A stretch of DNA of 64,000 nucleotides from the human T2T-CHM13v2.0 reference genome, Homo sapiens, in the NCBI RefSeq assembly GCF_009914755.1, contig NC_060932.1. One strand, 5' to 3'. A program made the position numbers and the translations under genes. The notes under the pieces are model-generated. The model was given only the letters and a program-made list of their open reading frames with translations, was not told where the DNA came from and did not search any database. Numbering within the stretch: the stretch's first letter is position 1; the number at the start of each line of letters is the position of its first letter. Shown here piece after piece: positions 16,560 through 28,603 of this stretch.

Positions 16560-18840
16560 CCTGACCATGTATTCTTCACAGATCACACCTGTGACACTAA
16601 AACACACTCAACAACCTATCGTACAGCTCACACCTCTGACCACTAAAACACACTCAAAGACCCACCATACAGATCGCACCTGTGACACTAAAACACAGTC
16701 AATGATCCACTATACAGCTCACACCTGTGACACTAAAACACATTCAACGATCCACTGTACAGATCACACCTGTGACACTAAAACACACTCAAGGTTCTAC
16801 TGTACAGATCACACCTGTGACACTAAAAGACACTCAATGATCCACTGTACAGATCACGCCTGTGACACTAAAACACACTCAAGGATCCACCATACAGATC
16901 ATACCTGTGAAACTAAAACACACTCAACGATCCACTGTACAGATCACACCTGTGACACTAAAACACACTCAAGGATCCACCGAACAGATCATACCTGTGA
17001 AACTAAAACACACTCAACGATCCACCGTACAGATAACACCTGTGACACTAAAACACACAACGATCCATCATACAGATCACACCTGTGACACCAAAACACA
17101 CTCAACGATCCATCGTACAGATCACACCTGTAACACTAAAACACACTCAATGATCCACTGTACAGATCACACCTGTGATACTAAAACACTCAATGATCCA
17201 TTGTACAGATCGCATCTGTGACACTAAAAAACACTCGACAATCCACCGTACAGCTCGCACCTGTGACACTAAAACAATGATCCACCATACCGCTCACATC
17301 TGTGACACTAAAACACACTCAATGATCCACTACACAGCTTGCACCTGTGACACTAAAACACACTCAACTATCCACTGTACAGATCACACCTGTGACACTA
17401 AAACACTCAGCAATCCACTGTACAGCTCGCACCTGTGACACTAAAACACACTCAATGATCCACTACACAGCTCGCACCTGTGACATTAAAACACACTCAA
17501 CTATCCACTGTACAGATCACACCTGTGACACTAAAACACTCAGCAATCCACTGTACAGCTCGCACCTGTGACACTAAAACACATTGAACAATTCACATAC
17601 AGACCACACCTGTGATACTAAAACACTCAATGATCCACCATACAGATCACACCTGTGACACTAAAACACACACAACGATCCACCATACAGATCACATCTG
17701 TGACACTAAAACACACTCAACGATCCACCATACAGATCACACCTGTGACATTAAAACACACTCAACTATCCACCGTACAGATCACACCTGTGACACTAAA
17801 ACACACTCAACTATCCACCGTACAGATCACACCTGTGACACTAAAACACTCAGCAATCCACTGTACAGCTCACACCTGTGACACTAAAACACATTGAACA
17901 ATTCACATACAGACACCTGTGATACTAAAACACTCAATGATCCACACCATACAGATCACACCTGTGACACTGAAACACACAACGATCCACCATACAGATC
18001 ACACCTGTGACACTAAAACACACTCAACGATCCACCATACAGATCACACCTGTGACACTAAAACACACTCAACGATCCACCATACAGATCACACCTGTGA
18101 CACTAAAACACACTCAACGATCCACCATACAGATCACACCTGTGACACTAAAACACACTCAACGATCCACCATACAGATCACACCTGTGACACTAAAACA
18201 CACTCAACGATCCACCATACAGATCACACCTGTGACACTAAAACACACTCAACGATCCACCATACAGCTCACACCTGTGACACTAAAACACACTCAACGA
18301 TCCACCATACAGCTCACACCTGTGACACTAAAACACACTCAACGATCCACCATACAGCTCACACCTGTGACACTAAAACACACTCAACGATCCACCATAC
18401 AGCTCACACCTGTGACACTAAAACACACTCAACGATCCACCATACAGCTCACACCTGTGACACTAAAACACACTCAACGATCCACCATACAGATCACACC
18501 TGTGACACTAAAACACTCAACAATCCACTGTACAGATCACACCTGTAACACTAAAACACACTCAACAATCCACTGTACAGATCACACGTGTGACACAAAC
18601 ACACAACGATCCACTACACAGCTTGCACCTGTGACACTAAAACACACTCAATGATCCGCTATACAGCTCACACCTGTGACACTAAAACACACTCAACTAT
18701 CCACTGTACAGATCGCACCTGTGACACTAAAACACATTGAACAATTCACGTACAGACCACACCTGTGATACTAAAACACTCAACGATCCACTATACAGAT
18801 CATACCTGTGACATGAAAACACACACAACGATCCACGCGT
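16560..18840. repeat. VNTR/minisatellite, 45-bp unit, about 50 copies
   Basis: Consensus ACACCTGTGACACTAAAACACACTCAACGATCCACCATACAGATC. Sequence lines 18001 and 18181 are identical (4 x 45 bp), and the ORF track shows a 15-aa period. Confidence 0.97.
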
Positions 18841-18935
18841 GAACTCCTTTTGAGAAAATGTCATTTTATATCTTTTATATCCACAGCGCATAGCAATTGC
18901 CAGGAACAGAGTAACACTCGGTAAATGTAAACTAC
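18840..18935 (+). mobile_element. L2 3' end; the remainder lies left of the VNTR at about 16390-16550 and 15880-16050
   Basis: gtgaactcctt...tatatccacagcgcatagca..gccaggaacagagtaacactcggtaaatgt resembles the L2 3' terminus. Confidence 0.6.
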
Positions 18936-19970
18936 ATGCATAGGTGAGTGCATCATAGATGAATGCATGCTTCATCACTTCTCCACAGAAAACTGTGGGA
19001 TTGATAACAAGTGAGGGGACTGGATCAGGACACTAGGAAGAAAAGAGGAGGAGAATAAAGTGGGCGAGGAAGAGAAGATAGAGAAAAGGAGAGAGAAGAA
19101 AGAGAAGACCTTGAGACAAATGTAGGATAATATTTTGCAAATAAAGCGGGAATGAGCTTTGGAATTGAGAACCCTAACACGAGCCGATGTTAACATAAGA
19201 GCACTGCAGTCTTAAAACACACAAATCCTTTCTTCACTTGGAGCCCCTTAAAAAGCCTGTAAAGAGGGCAGGGCAGGCGCCTCCTCCTCACTTTGCAGAT
19301 GAGAGCCGTGAGGCCCAGAGCAGCACGGTGACTTTCCTAAGGAAAAGGGGCTGAGGAAATAAAGGCTGAATTCGAACCCCGGGGTGTTTTTGTTTTTTGT
19401 TTGGTTTTGTTTTGCTGTTTGGATGGTATGCAGCCCTGCTATTGAGATGCATCTGCCTCGGTATCAAGGACTATCTAGATGAAATACAGTGATGTGGGTT
19501 TTAATTTCCTCTTTCCTTACCAGATACGTATTGACATTTGGGCCACAATCCAACCCTTAGGGATATTTCATTTAATGAGCTCCCTGTTGCTTTTTAAAAC
19601 AGCCGTATCTCTTCAAAAGCACAGAATATAAAACAAAAGAGAACAGAACAAAAGAAAACAACGCGAGATTTGTCACGGGGGAGCCAGCACGGGCTAAAGA
19701 CAAGGGCAGGGCAGGTGGTCTTTGGGGCTCAGAAAGAGCCTTTCCTTGACACTCCCAGGGCAGCTCAGATGAACTGTCCCCTGCTAACACAATAATGTTC
19801 AAGAAACGAGAGAAGGCTAGTTTTCCCCAGCACATCTTGCGCAGCAAGATGAGAAGGAAGCTTGGTGCACTGGCCATCTAGTCTCCAAGGCTCAGCTTAA
19901 GCAACACCCATTCTAGGGAAACTGTCTCTGCTTCCTCCTCAGAGCATTCACAGCATCCACAGGGTGACCC

Positions 19971-20639
19971 TGAAACTGCCTTTGCAAAATGATGACTGAG
20001 GCAGTAAAAGAGATCTAACTTAACTGACTCCATCTTGCTTCTAACCTCCAAGCTGTCCTTGTTCATTCCTGGGCATAGGCTGAACTAACTTTGGGAGAAA
20101 CTTTATAGTTTAAACAAAGACGGTAAACAGCCCTTTCCCAAAGCAGACCTCCTCCTTGCCTGGGGACTAGACTGCCTTTGTAGTAGTAACATTAGCCACA
20201 AGATTAAAAATTATGGTTTAGGAGTCACGCAGATGGAGGCTACAAGATTCTGACCCTCCCTGAACCGCTCCTAAGATCACTGCTTGAGGTATTTTGCAAA
20301 CCCTGTACCTGATGGATCAGCTGGTACCACCCAGATCGATAAACTGGCTTGTCTGATCTTGCGGCCCCCACCCAGGAACCAACTCAGCACAAGAAGACAG
20401 CTGACTCCCTATGATTTCAGCCCTGACCAATCAGCACTCCCGGCTCACTGGCTTTCACCAAGTTATCCTTAAAAACTCTGCTCCCCGAATGCCCAGGGAG
20501 ACTGATTTGAGTAGTAATAAAACCGGTCTCCTGCACAGTTGGCTCTGCGTGAATTACTCTTTCTCTATTGCAATTCCCCTGTCTTAATGAATCCGCTCTG
20601 TCTAGGCAGCAGGCAAAGTGAACCCCTTGGGTGGTTACA
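19971..20639 (+). mobile_element. LTR8-family solo LTR (ERV1)
   Basis: TG...CA ends: tgaaactgcctttgcaaaat...gactccatcttgcttctaacc...aataaaa...gggtggttaca. Confidence 0.9.
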
Positions 20640-21037
20640 ATCGTATGGTGTCACTGTCCACTCCAAGTCTGCCTCCTCTCTGGGCTGAGATTTCCTGAAT
20701 GGCAGGAACCATGTCTCTCCTCTGGTAGTCTGAGAAGTTGGCCTAGCACCAAGGACGTTCTTGTATTCAGCAAATATTTATTAGCACATTCAACGTGCCA
20801 GATACAGTGCTTGCAATGAAGGACACCACAGTGAGACGGAAAGAGGGAGACAGATGATGCCAGCACAGCAGGCTGAACGCGGCAACACCCGGCACAGGGC
20901 AAGCGGGGAGTGCGGGACTCCTGGGGGGAGCAACAGTGCAGCTGAGGCCTGGACCCCCAGGAGAATTCAGAGAGAGAGAAGAATGGGTGGAGCTGGGGAG
21001 CTGTATGGCTCACAGCTTCTCAAAGCACAGTACAAAG

Positions 21038-21200
21038 CAGGGCTTCTTGCACGTGAACATGCATTTGAGTCACCTGGGGGTCTGTGGAATGTGATTCCAA
21101 ACTCAGGAGGTCTGGGAGGGGCCTAAGGGTCTGTATTTCCGACAGGTCTCCTGGGGGGTGCTGATGTTCTTAGCTGGTAAACCACACTGTGAGTAGCAAG
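21038..21200. mobile_element. MER5-type hAT-Charlie element
   Basis: gagtcacctgggggt..caggaggtctggga..ggtgctgatg..accacactgtgagtagcaag. Confidence 0.7.
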
Positions 21201-21699
21201 AGTGTGGACTATCCCTGGTATCTGGATACATGTAAAGACACAAATCCAGGTCTAGACCTTCCCACCTCACAGGGATCCTGTGAAATGCATATTAACCAAC
21301 GTCACTGGAGGAAATAATTATGCAGACAAGTTAAGTAACCTGCCTGATGTCACACAGTTCGTAGGTGATCAAGCTGGAATGTGAACCTAGGGCCATCTAC
21401 GCCCCCAGAGCCTTTCTTCCTTCCACTGCATCATGCTGCTTTCTCAATAAATATCTGCTCAACTCAATAAATCACTAAGCATCCCAAAGTCAAAAGTAAA
21501 TATTTTTGCATCACCCGCACCACAATCTATATCCACAGATCTTCCATTTTTTTATTGCAGACTCTTATGAGCTTAAAAAAACACTTTTGAGAATACATCC
21601 CCAATAGGCACATTTATTTAAAGTATATATTAGTACATTTTTAAAAGAATGCAAAAATAAGTATTAAAACAGATGAGATGGTAACTTTGGAAGACAATG

Positions 21700-22808
21700 T
21701 TTTGACTGAAAACCATAGGGCTAAAGATAAAAGGAACTGCATACTACATACCCACAAAAATTAAAAATAATTTTTAAATAAAAATTTTTTTAAAAAAGGA
21801 ATGCCACAGAAACTGTGTACTCTAGTTGGTAAAGCTGCTTCTCACAGGGTGCAGAGGAGCAGCTCTGAAAGTGCTTTACATGCACACTGGAGTCAAATAA
21901 GTCAACGAAGAGTAGCTGGTGGGACCTAGTTTCTCACGGCCAGAGAGGGAAGTTACAGATAAACAAGACAGGAAAGCTAGAATGAGCCCTGTGGGACTGG
22001 ACTCAGTTACACTCATGTTTAACCAGATGGATAAATACAGAAATAATTACAGAGATGTGTAGATGCATAGGTTTCCTAGCGCTATCCACTGAACGGGCCT
22101 AGAAGCAAGGCCAACCGGGACAAGACCTTCGTAAAGAATTCCAAATAATGTCTGTAGATGCACCCCCACCAGAAGGGGGAGCTCAGTTCCCATCCTCCCA
22201 GCCCCTGCCTCCAGCCCTAGAGTGTGAGCTCCACTTAGTGATTTGCTTCCCAGGAAGAGAATATAGAAAGGGGACCAAAAAGAGTCACTTTCCAATGGAG
22301 AAACCTGGCAAACACGACCCCGGCCAGGCGATCAAGGTCAACATCACCAACAAGTCAGGTGGGCACCCCTGCGGCGGCGGCATAAGAAGGGCACGTCGAC
22401 TCCTTCTCACTATAAGGAAAATATCAGAGAAACCCAAAATGAGGCGCAATCTACAAAATATCTGACCGGCACTCCTCAGTACTCTCAACGTCACGAAAAA
22501 CAAGGAGAGACAAGCCATCATAAACCGGAAGACACTAAGAAGACCCGGAGGATAGATGTCATCGAGCGTCCTGAATGGGACCCAGGACAGAAAAGGACAG
22601 GAGCGGATACATGAGTAAAATCTGAATCAAGGATAGAGTTTAACTCACAGTGACGCACCCACGTTGGTTTCTTATTGTGTGGCAAATGTACCCTAGTAAT
22701 GTACAACACTGACAATGGAGAAAACTGATATGAGGGATACATGGGAACTCTCTGTTCCATCTTTGCAGCTTTTCTGTAAATCTAAAACCATTCTGAAATA
22801 AAAAGGTA
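21700..22808 (+). mobile_element. L1MC/L1MD-type 3' region
   Basis: Ends ggaactctctgttccatctttgcagcttttctgtaaatctaaaaccattctgaaataaaa, typical of old L1M 3' ends. Confidence 0.8.
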
Positions 22809-23814
22809 CTTTTCAAAAGGATGAGATGAAAACAGATGTAATATTCTTCCTGTGTTCCAGTAGCATGTCACCACCGTGCTATTCTAACGCCGGATGCAGG
22901 GCTCACAGACCCAGGCCTCTAAGAGTCCAGAGGGGGAAGAAGAGTGTGACGGAGGCAAGTGGACAGCCAGGCAGAGGCGGGACTGTGGCCGGCTGGGAAG
23001 CACGTGACTGTCTAAGGCATCCTAAAGCAAAATATTCCGAAAGAGAAAACAGAAACCTGCGGGTCCAGCCAGTTTGCTTCCTCTAAGCTGAGGTATAGAT
23101 ATTGGAAACCAGAATGCAATTTTCACAATGGAATTAATTACAGTTGTTTATGTAGTTTCTTGAGAGAAGGTCTCCCGTCCTATATTTCCCAAACACTGTT
23201 CACCTGCTGATCTGCCTTGATGTAAAAAACAACAAACAAACAAAACTGTTTCTGGATTTTTCCAAGGATACTGCCTCCACTGATTTTTTTATAACAATCA
23301 TTTGATATTTGACAAATTTTATTTTAAACTTTTCCAGAAAACAGCTCATAGAGTTCTCATTTACTTACCAATGCCTACTGTGTATACTGTTACAAAATAT
23401 CTTTGATTCCCCAGAACGGATCTAATTTCAAATATTATATCTCATTGTCATTCATATGTTTTGTCAGATGATAGGTCTTGATATTTAATTTAAAAATACA
23501 GTCATACTCTGAGTCATTTTGATGCTGGGGACATTTTTATATAATACATCTAACTCCCACTCAAACACTAAGTCAATATTATCATCCTAGAACTTATGAA
23601 GGGAAGAATGGGAAAAGGGGAGCAGCCAGGGACTGGGAGAGGCTGGGGGACAGGATGATGACCAAGCTTGGCACAGCACACAGCAGCAGTGCCGTGTCAG
23701 GCGAGAGGGAGCGAGAAGGCTCAGCTGGCCCTGGTATGTCAGGCTCAGCTCTGACATACCATCAGAGCTATGGCAGGTTGGGAAGGGCTCTAAGGAAAAA
23801 ATGTGGAAGGTTCC

Positions 23815-23985
23815 AGCATCGTGGGAAAGACTTTGGAGTCAGGCACACATGAGTTTGCACCACAACAATGCCATTTATTAGCCACATTAGTTTACAAAGT
23901 ATCTGCTCTAAGCCTCAGTTTCCTCATTCCAAATGGAGATATCAACACATTACGGTTGTTTGGTGAGATAAAAGCTCATCTTCTG
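23815..23985 (+). mobile_element. MIR
   Basis: gactttggagtcag...aagcctcagtttcctcatt. Confidence 0.7.
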
Positions 23986-24029
23986 TAATTAAAAAAAAAA
24001 AAAAAAAGCAATGAGGCTTTCAAAGATTA

Positions 24030-24995
24030 GTAAGTCATGTCAAAATGGCATGAGAGCCAACTTAAGAAAGCTCTCTTTGGCCAAATTATGACAAGTGAAC
24101 AAACAGAATAATGACTGTAAGTGAATCAACGGAAATCCATGCATCCACCATGATACTCAAAAACAGAAAAGGGAAATAAAACCCAACTTCTCAACTTCTG
24201 CAGAAGCTCTTAAACAATCCCTTACTTTGAAATTAGAAAGTAAAGGGGGAAAAAAAGTAGCATCTTGTTTCTGTTTTTACCCAGGCACTATATTCCTGGG
24301 TAATTAAATAGCCCCAGTGGTTGAGCTAAAAGTTCTAAAATTTACAATAAAAGGCCACTTTATAAAAGTAGAAAAAATAATAGAGAAAAACCTTTCATAG
24401 AACTTGAATGACATTATTAAATCAGGCAAAGATTATCCATTGATTTTAAAACATTAGATGCATGACTGACATATTTGTACTACTGCCAAAGTATTGACCC
24501 TCAGAATATTCTCTGGTTGCAAGGAGAAAAACAATGGGCTCAGGCTCTCATTGCCCTATCCAGAGGTCAATCTTAACCTCACTAGTGGTGGGACAGCCAG
24601 ATACTGGGCATCTATTTCTAAGGTAATGCAACCTGAAGTACCAACTTCACCTATGAAGTATTCTAGGCAAAAATGTTTCGTGTGAATTCATCAAGACTTT
24701 GCATACAAATTCTACTTTAAGGGAAATCAGGGGATGGAGAAACAGATCCAATAAAACAACTAGACAAATCCAAAAGGTAAGACATTCTACAGGACAACTG
24801 ATCTGGTCTCTTCAACAAGCGTCCAAAAGAAAAAAGTGGTGCTAGCTGAAAACAAACTTAAAAGCAAAATGCAATGCAATGAGTGGTCCTGTATTGTATA
24901 CTGGTTTGGACTACCTTGTTATAATAAAATCTGGGGATCAAATGGGAGAAATTTTAAAATCATCTGCAGAGTAGAAGCAATAAAAAATTACTGAA
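24030..24995 (+). mobile_element. Old L1 (L1ME/L1MC-type) 3' fragments
   Basis: gacaaatccaaaaggtaagacattctacaggacaactgatctggtctcttcaacaa and aaatgcaatg motifs. Confidence 0.6.
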
Positions 24996-25823
24996 ACAGA
25001 AAATGGAATAGCACTAATTGAACAAAGCAAGACACAAAATAGTATTTATAGTCATCTAATTTTGAATTACGGGGAAAACACACCCGCAGGTATTCATATA
25101 CGCAGGTCATTAAATGATCCTGAGTGATATACACTCTGGCTTCATGGTCGTGATCTCTGGGCAGGAGGAATGTGAAATTTCTCTCCTTTCATTTTTGTTT
25201 GTCTCAACGGTATTCCTGCACTAGTCTTTGCTGATAGTGCTTCTGTAATGATAAACGATTTGTTGTTTGTCTGAAAAGTCCCTGTGTCCTAACAGGCTCA
25301 CAGTGTTGCTCAGTGAGGCCAGGACAGTGACAGTGCTGAATGCTTCCACCTGTGTGAGGGCTTGTCATTCATAATGCAAGTGAGGACTTCGGAACTTCAC
25401 CTGATGAATGGCAAGTTTCCTAGCAGGAAGTAAGATGTGAAAATCGGTGCTTGCGGGAAGGTTGAGCTAACAGACAAGCACAAGGTAAATTCCGCAGAAG
25501 AGACAGAAGAGACCAGCTGGAAGAGATCAAACGAATTCTGCTGGAAGTGAGAAGGACTCAGCCGAGGCAGTGGCTCTGTGTGGCCATGGAACATCATAAT
25601 CATCTAAGAGTCCTTTCTAAGGAAGAGTCTGCAGAACTTCCCCACTGGCTGGGTACCAGGAGTGGTGGAAGGATCACACATGAGGCCAAGGTATTAAGCT
25701 CTAAAAGACTAAGAACATCAAGAAAACCCGAAAGCCCTCCACACAGACAAACTGCAGGAGGACAAGGTACATAAAGGAGATTACAGTGGCCAGTGCTGTC
25801 AAACTTGGTGAAAAGATGGACGA

Positions 25824-26684
25824 TGATATGGTTTGGATGTTTGGTCTCCTCCAAATCTCAGGGTGAGATGTGACCTCCAATGTTGGAGGTGGTTCTGGTG
25901 GAAGGTGTTTGGGTCATGGGAATGGATCCTTCATGGTTTGGTGCCCTCCCCACAGTAATGAGTGAGTTCTCACTCTGTGAGTCCAAGTAAGAGCTGGTTG
26001 TTTAAAAGAGCCTGCCATCCTATTCACAATAGCAAAGACTTGGAACCAACCCAAATGTCCATCAATGATAGACTGGATTAAGAAAATGTGGCACATATAC
26101 ACCATGGAATACTATGCAGCCATAAAAAAGGATGAGTTCATGTCCTTTGTAGGGACACGGATGAAGCTGGAAACCATCATTCTGAACAAACTATCGCAAG
26201 GACAGAAAACCAAACACTGCATGTTCTCACTCATAGGTGGGAATTGAACAATGAGAACACTTGGACATAGGATGGGGAACATCACACACCGGGGGCTGTC
26301 GTTGGGTGGGGGGAGGGGGGAGGGATAGCATTAGGAGATATACCTAATGTAAATGACAAGTTAACGGGTGCAGCCCACCAACATGGCACATGTATACATA
26401 TGTAACAAACCTGCACATTGTGCACATGTACCCTAGAACTTAAAGTATAATAAAAAAATAAAAGAGCCTGCCAACACTCACTTGCTCCTGCTCTTTCCCT
26501 GTGACACACCAGCTCCCCCTTTGCCTTCTATCATGATTGGAAGCCTCTGAGGTCCTCACCAGAAGCAGATGCTGGCACCAGGCTTCCTTGCAGCCTGCAG
26601 AACCATGAGCCAGTTAAACCTCTTTTCTTTATAAATTACCCAGTCTCAGGTGTTCCTTTACAGGAATGAAAACAGACTAATAGA
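25824..26684 (+). mobile_element. MST-family solo LTR interrupted by an L1PA
   Basis: tgatatggtttggatg...gttaaacctcttttctttataaattacccagtctcagg..cagactaata. Confidence 0.9.
26018..26459 (+). mobile_element. 5'-truncated L1PA (L1PA4/5-like) 3' end
   Basis: ORF2 C-terminus MIDWIKKMWHIYTMEYYAAIKKDEFMSF...LIGGN*, 3' UTR G-tract, target-site duplication aaaagagcctgcca. Confidence 0.95.
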
Positions 26685-27861
26685 AATGATGAACAAGGTC
26701 AGTGAGAAAAAGATCACTGGATTTTATTGGGAGGAAATCTTATCAGACAATTCCAGTGAACGGAATTTCATCAAAATGCTGAGGATGTAGGCCAGATGCC
26801 AGAAGGTTACGCTGGAGGAGCTTGCTCAAGAAATTTAAAAATCATCTACGGAGATGTCAGTTTAAAAACAGAGAAAAGGAAAGAAAAAGAAGGAAGAAAG
26901 TATGTGTAGGAATACTCAAAGTAGATACAATGTGATCACATTAAGTAGCAATATTGACATCTCCTTTACAATGATTCTAATGTATAACTTATGCTGCCTA
27001 GAAAATTCTTAGTGTCACCAGGAGTTAAATAAGATATCACTGGTATTCACAAGATACAAAGATTACCAAAAGCATGGATAAGTCATTTGACAAAGCAAAA
27101 GTTATCAGAAGTTTATACTGCATGATACAGGAAACCATTTCCTGAAGTCTACAGTAAATGTGTTCATTTATTTTTTGCTTTGTAAGAACAAGAACCCAAA
27201 CTACAATATGTAGAAAGATTGGAAACATTCATCACTAAAAGCATCATTTACAAAGAGAGTGCTATGTAAATCTCATTAACACAGAATTAATGTTCAAGTG
27301 CTCTGATCCAGAGGAAATCGTTAAGATTAAGAACTTTAACTTAAATAAACAGAAATTCTCAGAAGACTGCCACTTCACGGCCTACTTGAAAACAAGAAAT
27401 TTTAAATCATGAATGCACTACATGAACTATTTTAAAAATCAAAGAGAACAACTCAAATGGATTAATGAGAATACAGATGAGGAGGAGGAATCCCCACCCA
27501 GGAGCCCTCTTAAATGTAGCTCAGCTGCCATCCAGACAGCTAGTTCAGGCAGGCCTGGGCAACCTAATTCGAATGTGGGCTCCCGCTCACCACCCCTCCT
27601 ACAGTCTCCATCTCAGCTACCCAGAGTCACCATCTGCCCAACCATGCAACCATTCTTGTCCTTTCACCTCACTCTCCAGATGCTGATTCCCACACAGTAT
27701 TACTGACATTACCTAGGAGAAGTCTCTGACAAGTGGCCACTCTGGCCCACCCCCTCATCCTCAGTCTTATTTCCAACCCTCACCATCTTCCCTATGACTC
27801 ACTGAACCGATCCTTCACACATTTTGTCAGATTTATTCCTAAGTGTGTCATTTGTTTTGAG

Positions 27862-28072
27862 GCTGAAAAGGATGTTACATCATGACCAGGTAAGGTTTAT
27901 CCCCAGAATGCAAGGTTGGTTTAACATTCTAAAACCAATCCATCTAAGTCACCACATTAACAAAGAAAGAAAGAAAAAATATGATCATCTCAAAAGATAC
28001 ATAATAAGCATTCGGGAAAATTCAGTATCCTTTCCTAATTTTTCAAAAAAATTATCAGTAAACTAGGACTAT
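27862..28072 (+). mobile_element. Old L1 ORF2 fragment
   Basis: HHDQVRFIPRMQGWFNI matches the L1 reverse-transcriptase region. Confidence 0.8.
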
Positions 28073-28547
28073 AAGGTTCAGAAAGATAAAACAATTATCT
28101 TTTATGTTACAGAACTGCTTTTAAAGTCAGCCAAAGACTAAACAACATCTAATTCTTTTTCTGCTTGCAGTCTTACGTTTGCTTTCTTGCTTTTCTTTCT
28201 TGTCTTACAATTTTCCTGAGGGGCTATTATTTATACAGCAATAATTTTCTTTATCATAGGATATCTTATGCCTTGAAATGAATGTCAGAAAATTCTCTGT
28301 ATCCTGTCTTCCTTGGCAGAACAAGGAAAAAAATCTAGGATATTCAAGTTTTGATTTACAAAACTAATAAATTCTGGCTAGGGGTGAGTCACAGTGTTAT
28401 TACTCCCTTACGGTCTTAAGGTGGCTCCACAGTCTGCATTAAGGAGTCTGGATCTTTAAAGTGGCATTCAGGATTCTTCACTTGTGGTCTCACCTTACAT
28501 GCTCTGACCTCATCTTTTATGGCCCTACTTCAACAATATTGCCCCAA

Positions 28548-28603
28548 ATACATACATACATACACACACACATACATATACATACATATATATATATATA
28601 TAT
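28548..28603. repeat. (TACA)n/(CA)n/(TA)n microsatellite
   Basis: Read directly. Confidence 0.9.

Noticed and set aside
16537-18654. Long His/Thr/Cys-rich ORFs (up to 215 aa) in the VNTR
   Set aside because: They result from a 45-bp unit with stop-free frames. They are antisense to TRAPPC9, broken by 43-bp units, and lack promoter or splice context.
16560-18840. CRISPR-like array
   Set aside because: Units are head-to-tail with no unique spacers, there are no cas genes, and the DNA is primate.
22169-22182. CTCF-like motif CCAGAAGGGGGAGC
   Set aside because: Two core mismatches, inside an old L1; not supportable without ChIP data.
27067-27148. Possible 75- or 82-nt cryptic exon (tag|ACTTCAG|GAAATG...TTG|gtaatc)
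   Set aside because: Almost no pyrimidine tract and a mediocre donor; expected by chance in a long intron.
27413-27706. Plus ORF with acidic/SP motif (NTDEEEESPPRSP) as a processed pseudogene
   Set aside because: No recognisable parent protein, poly-A tail or target-site duplication.
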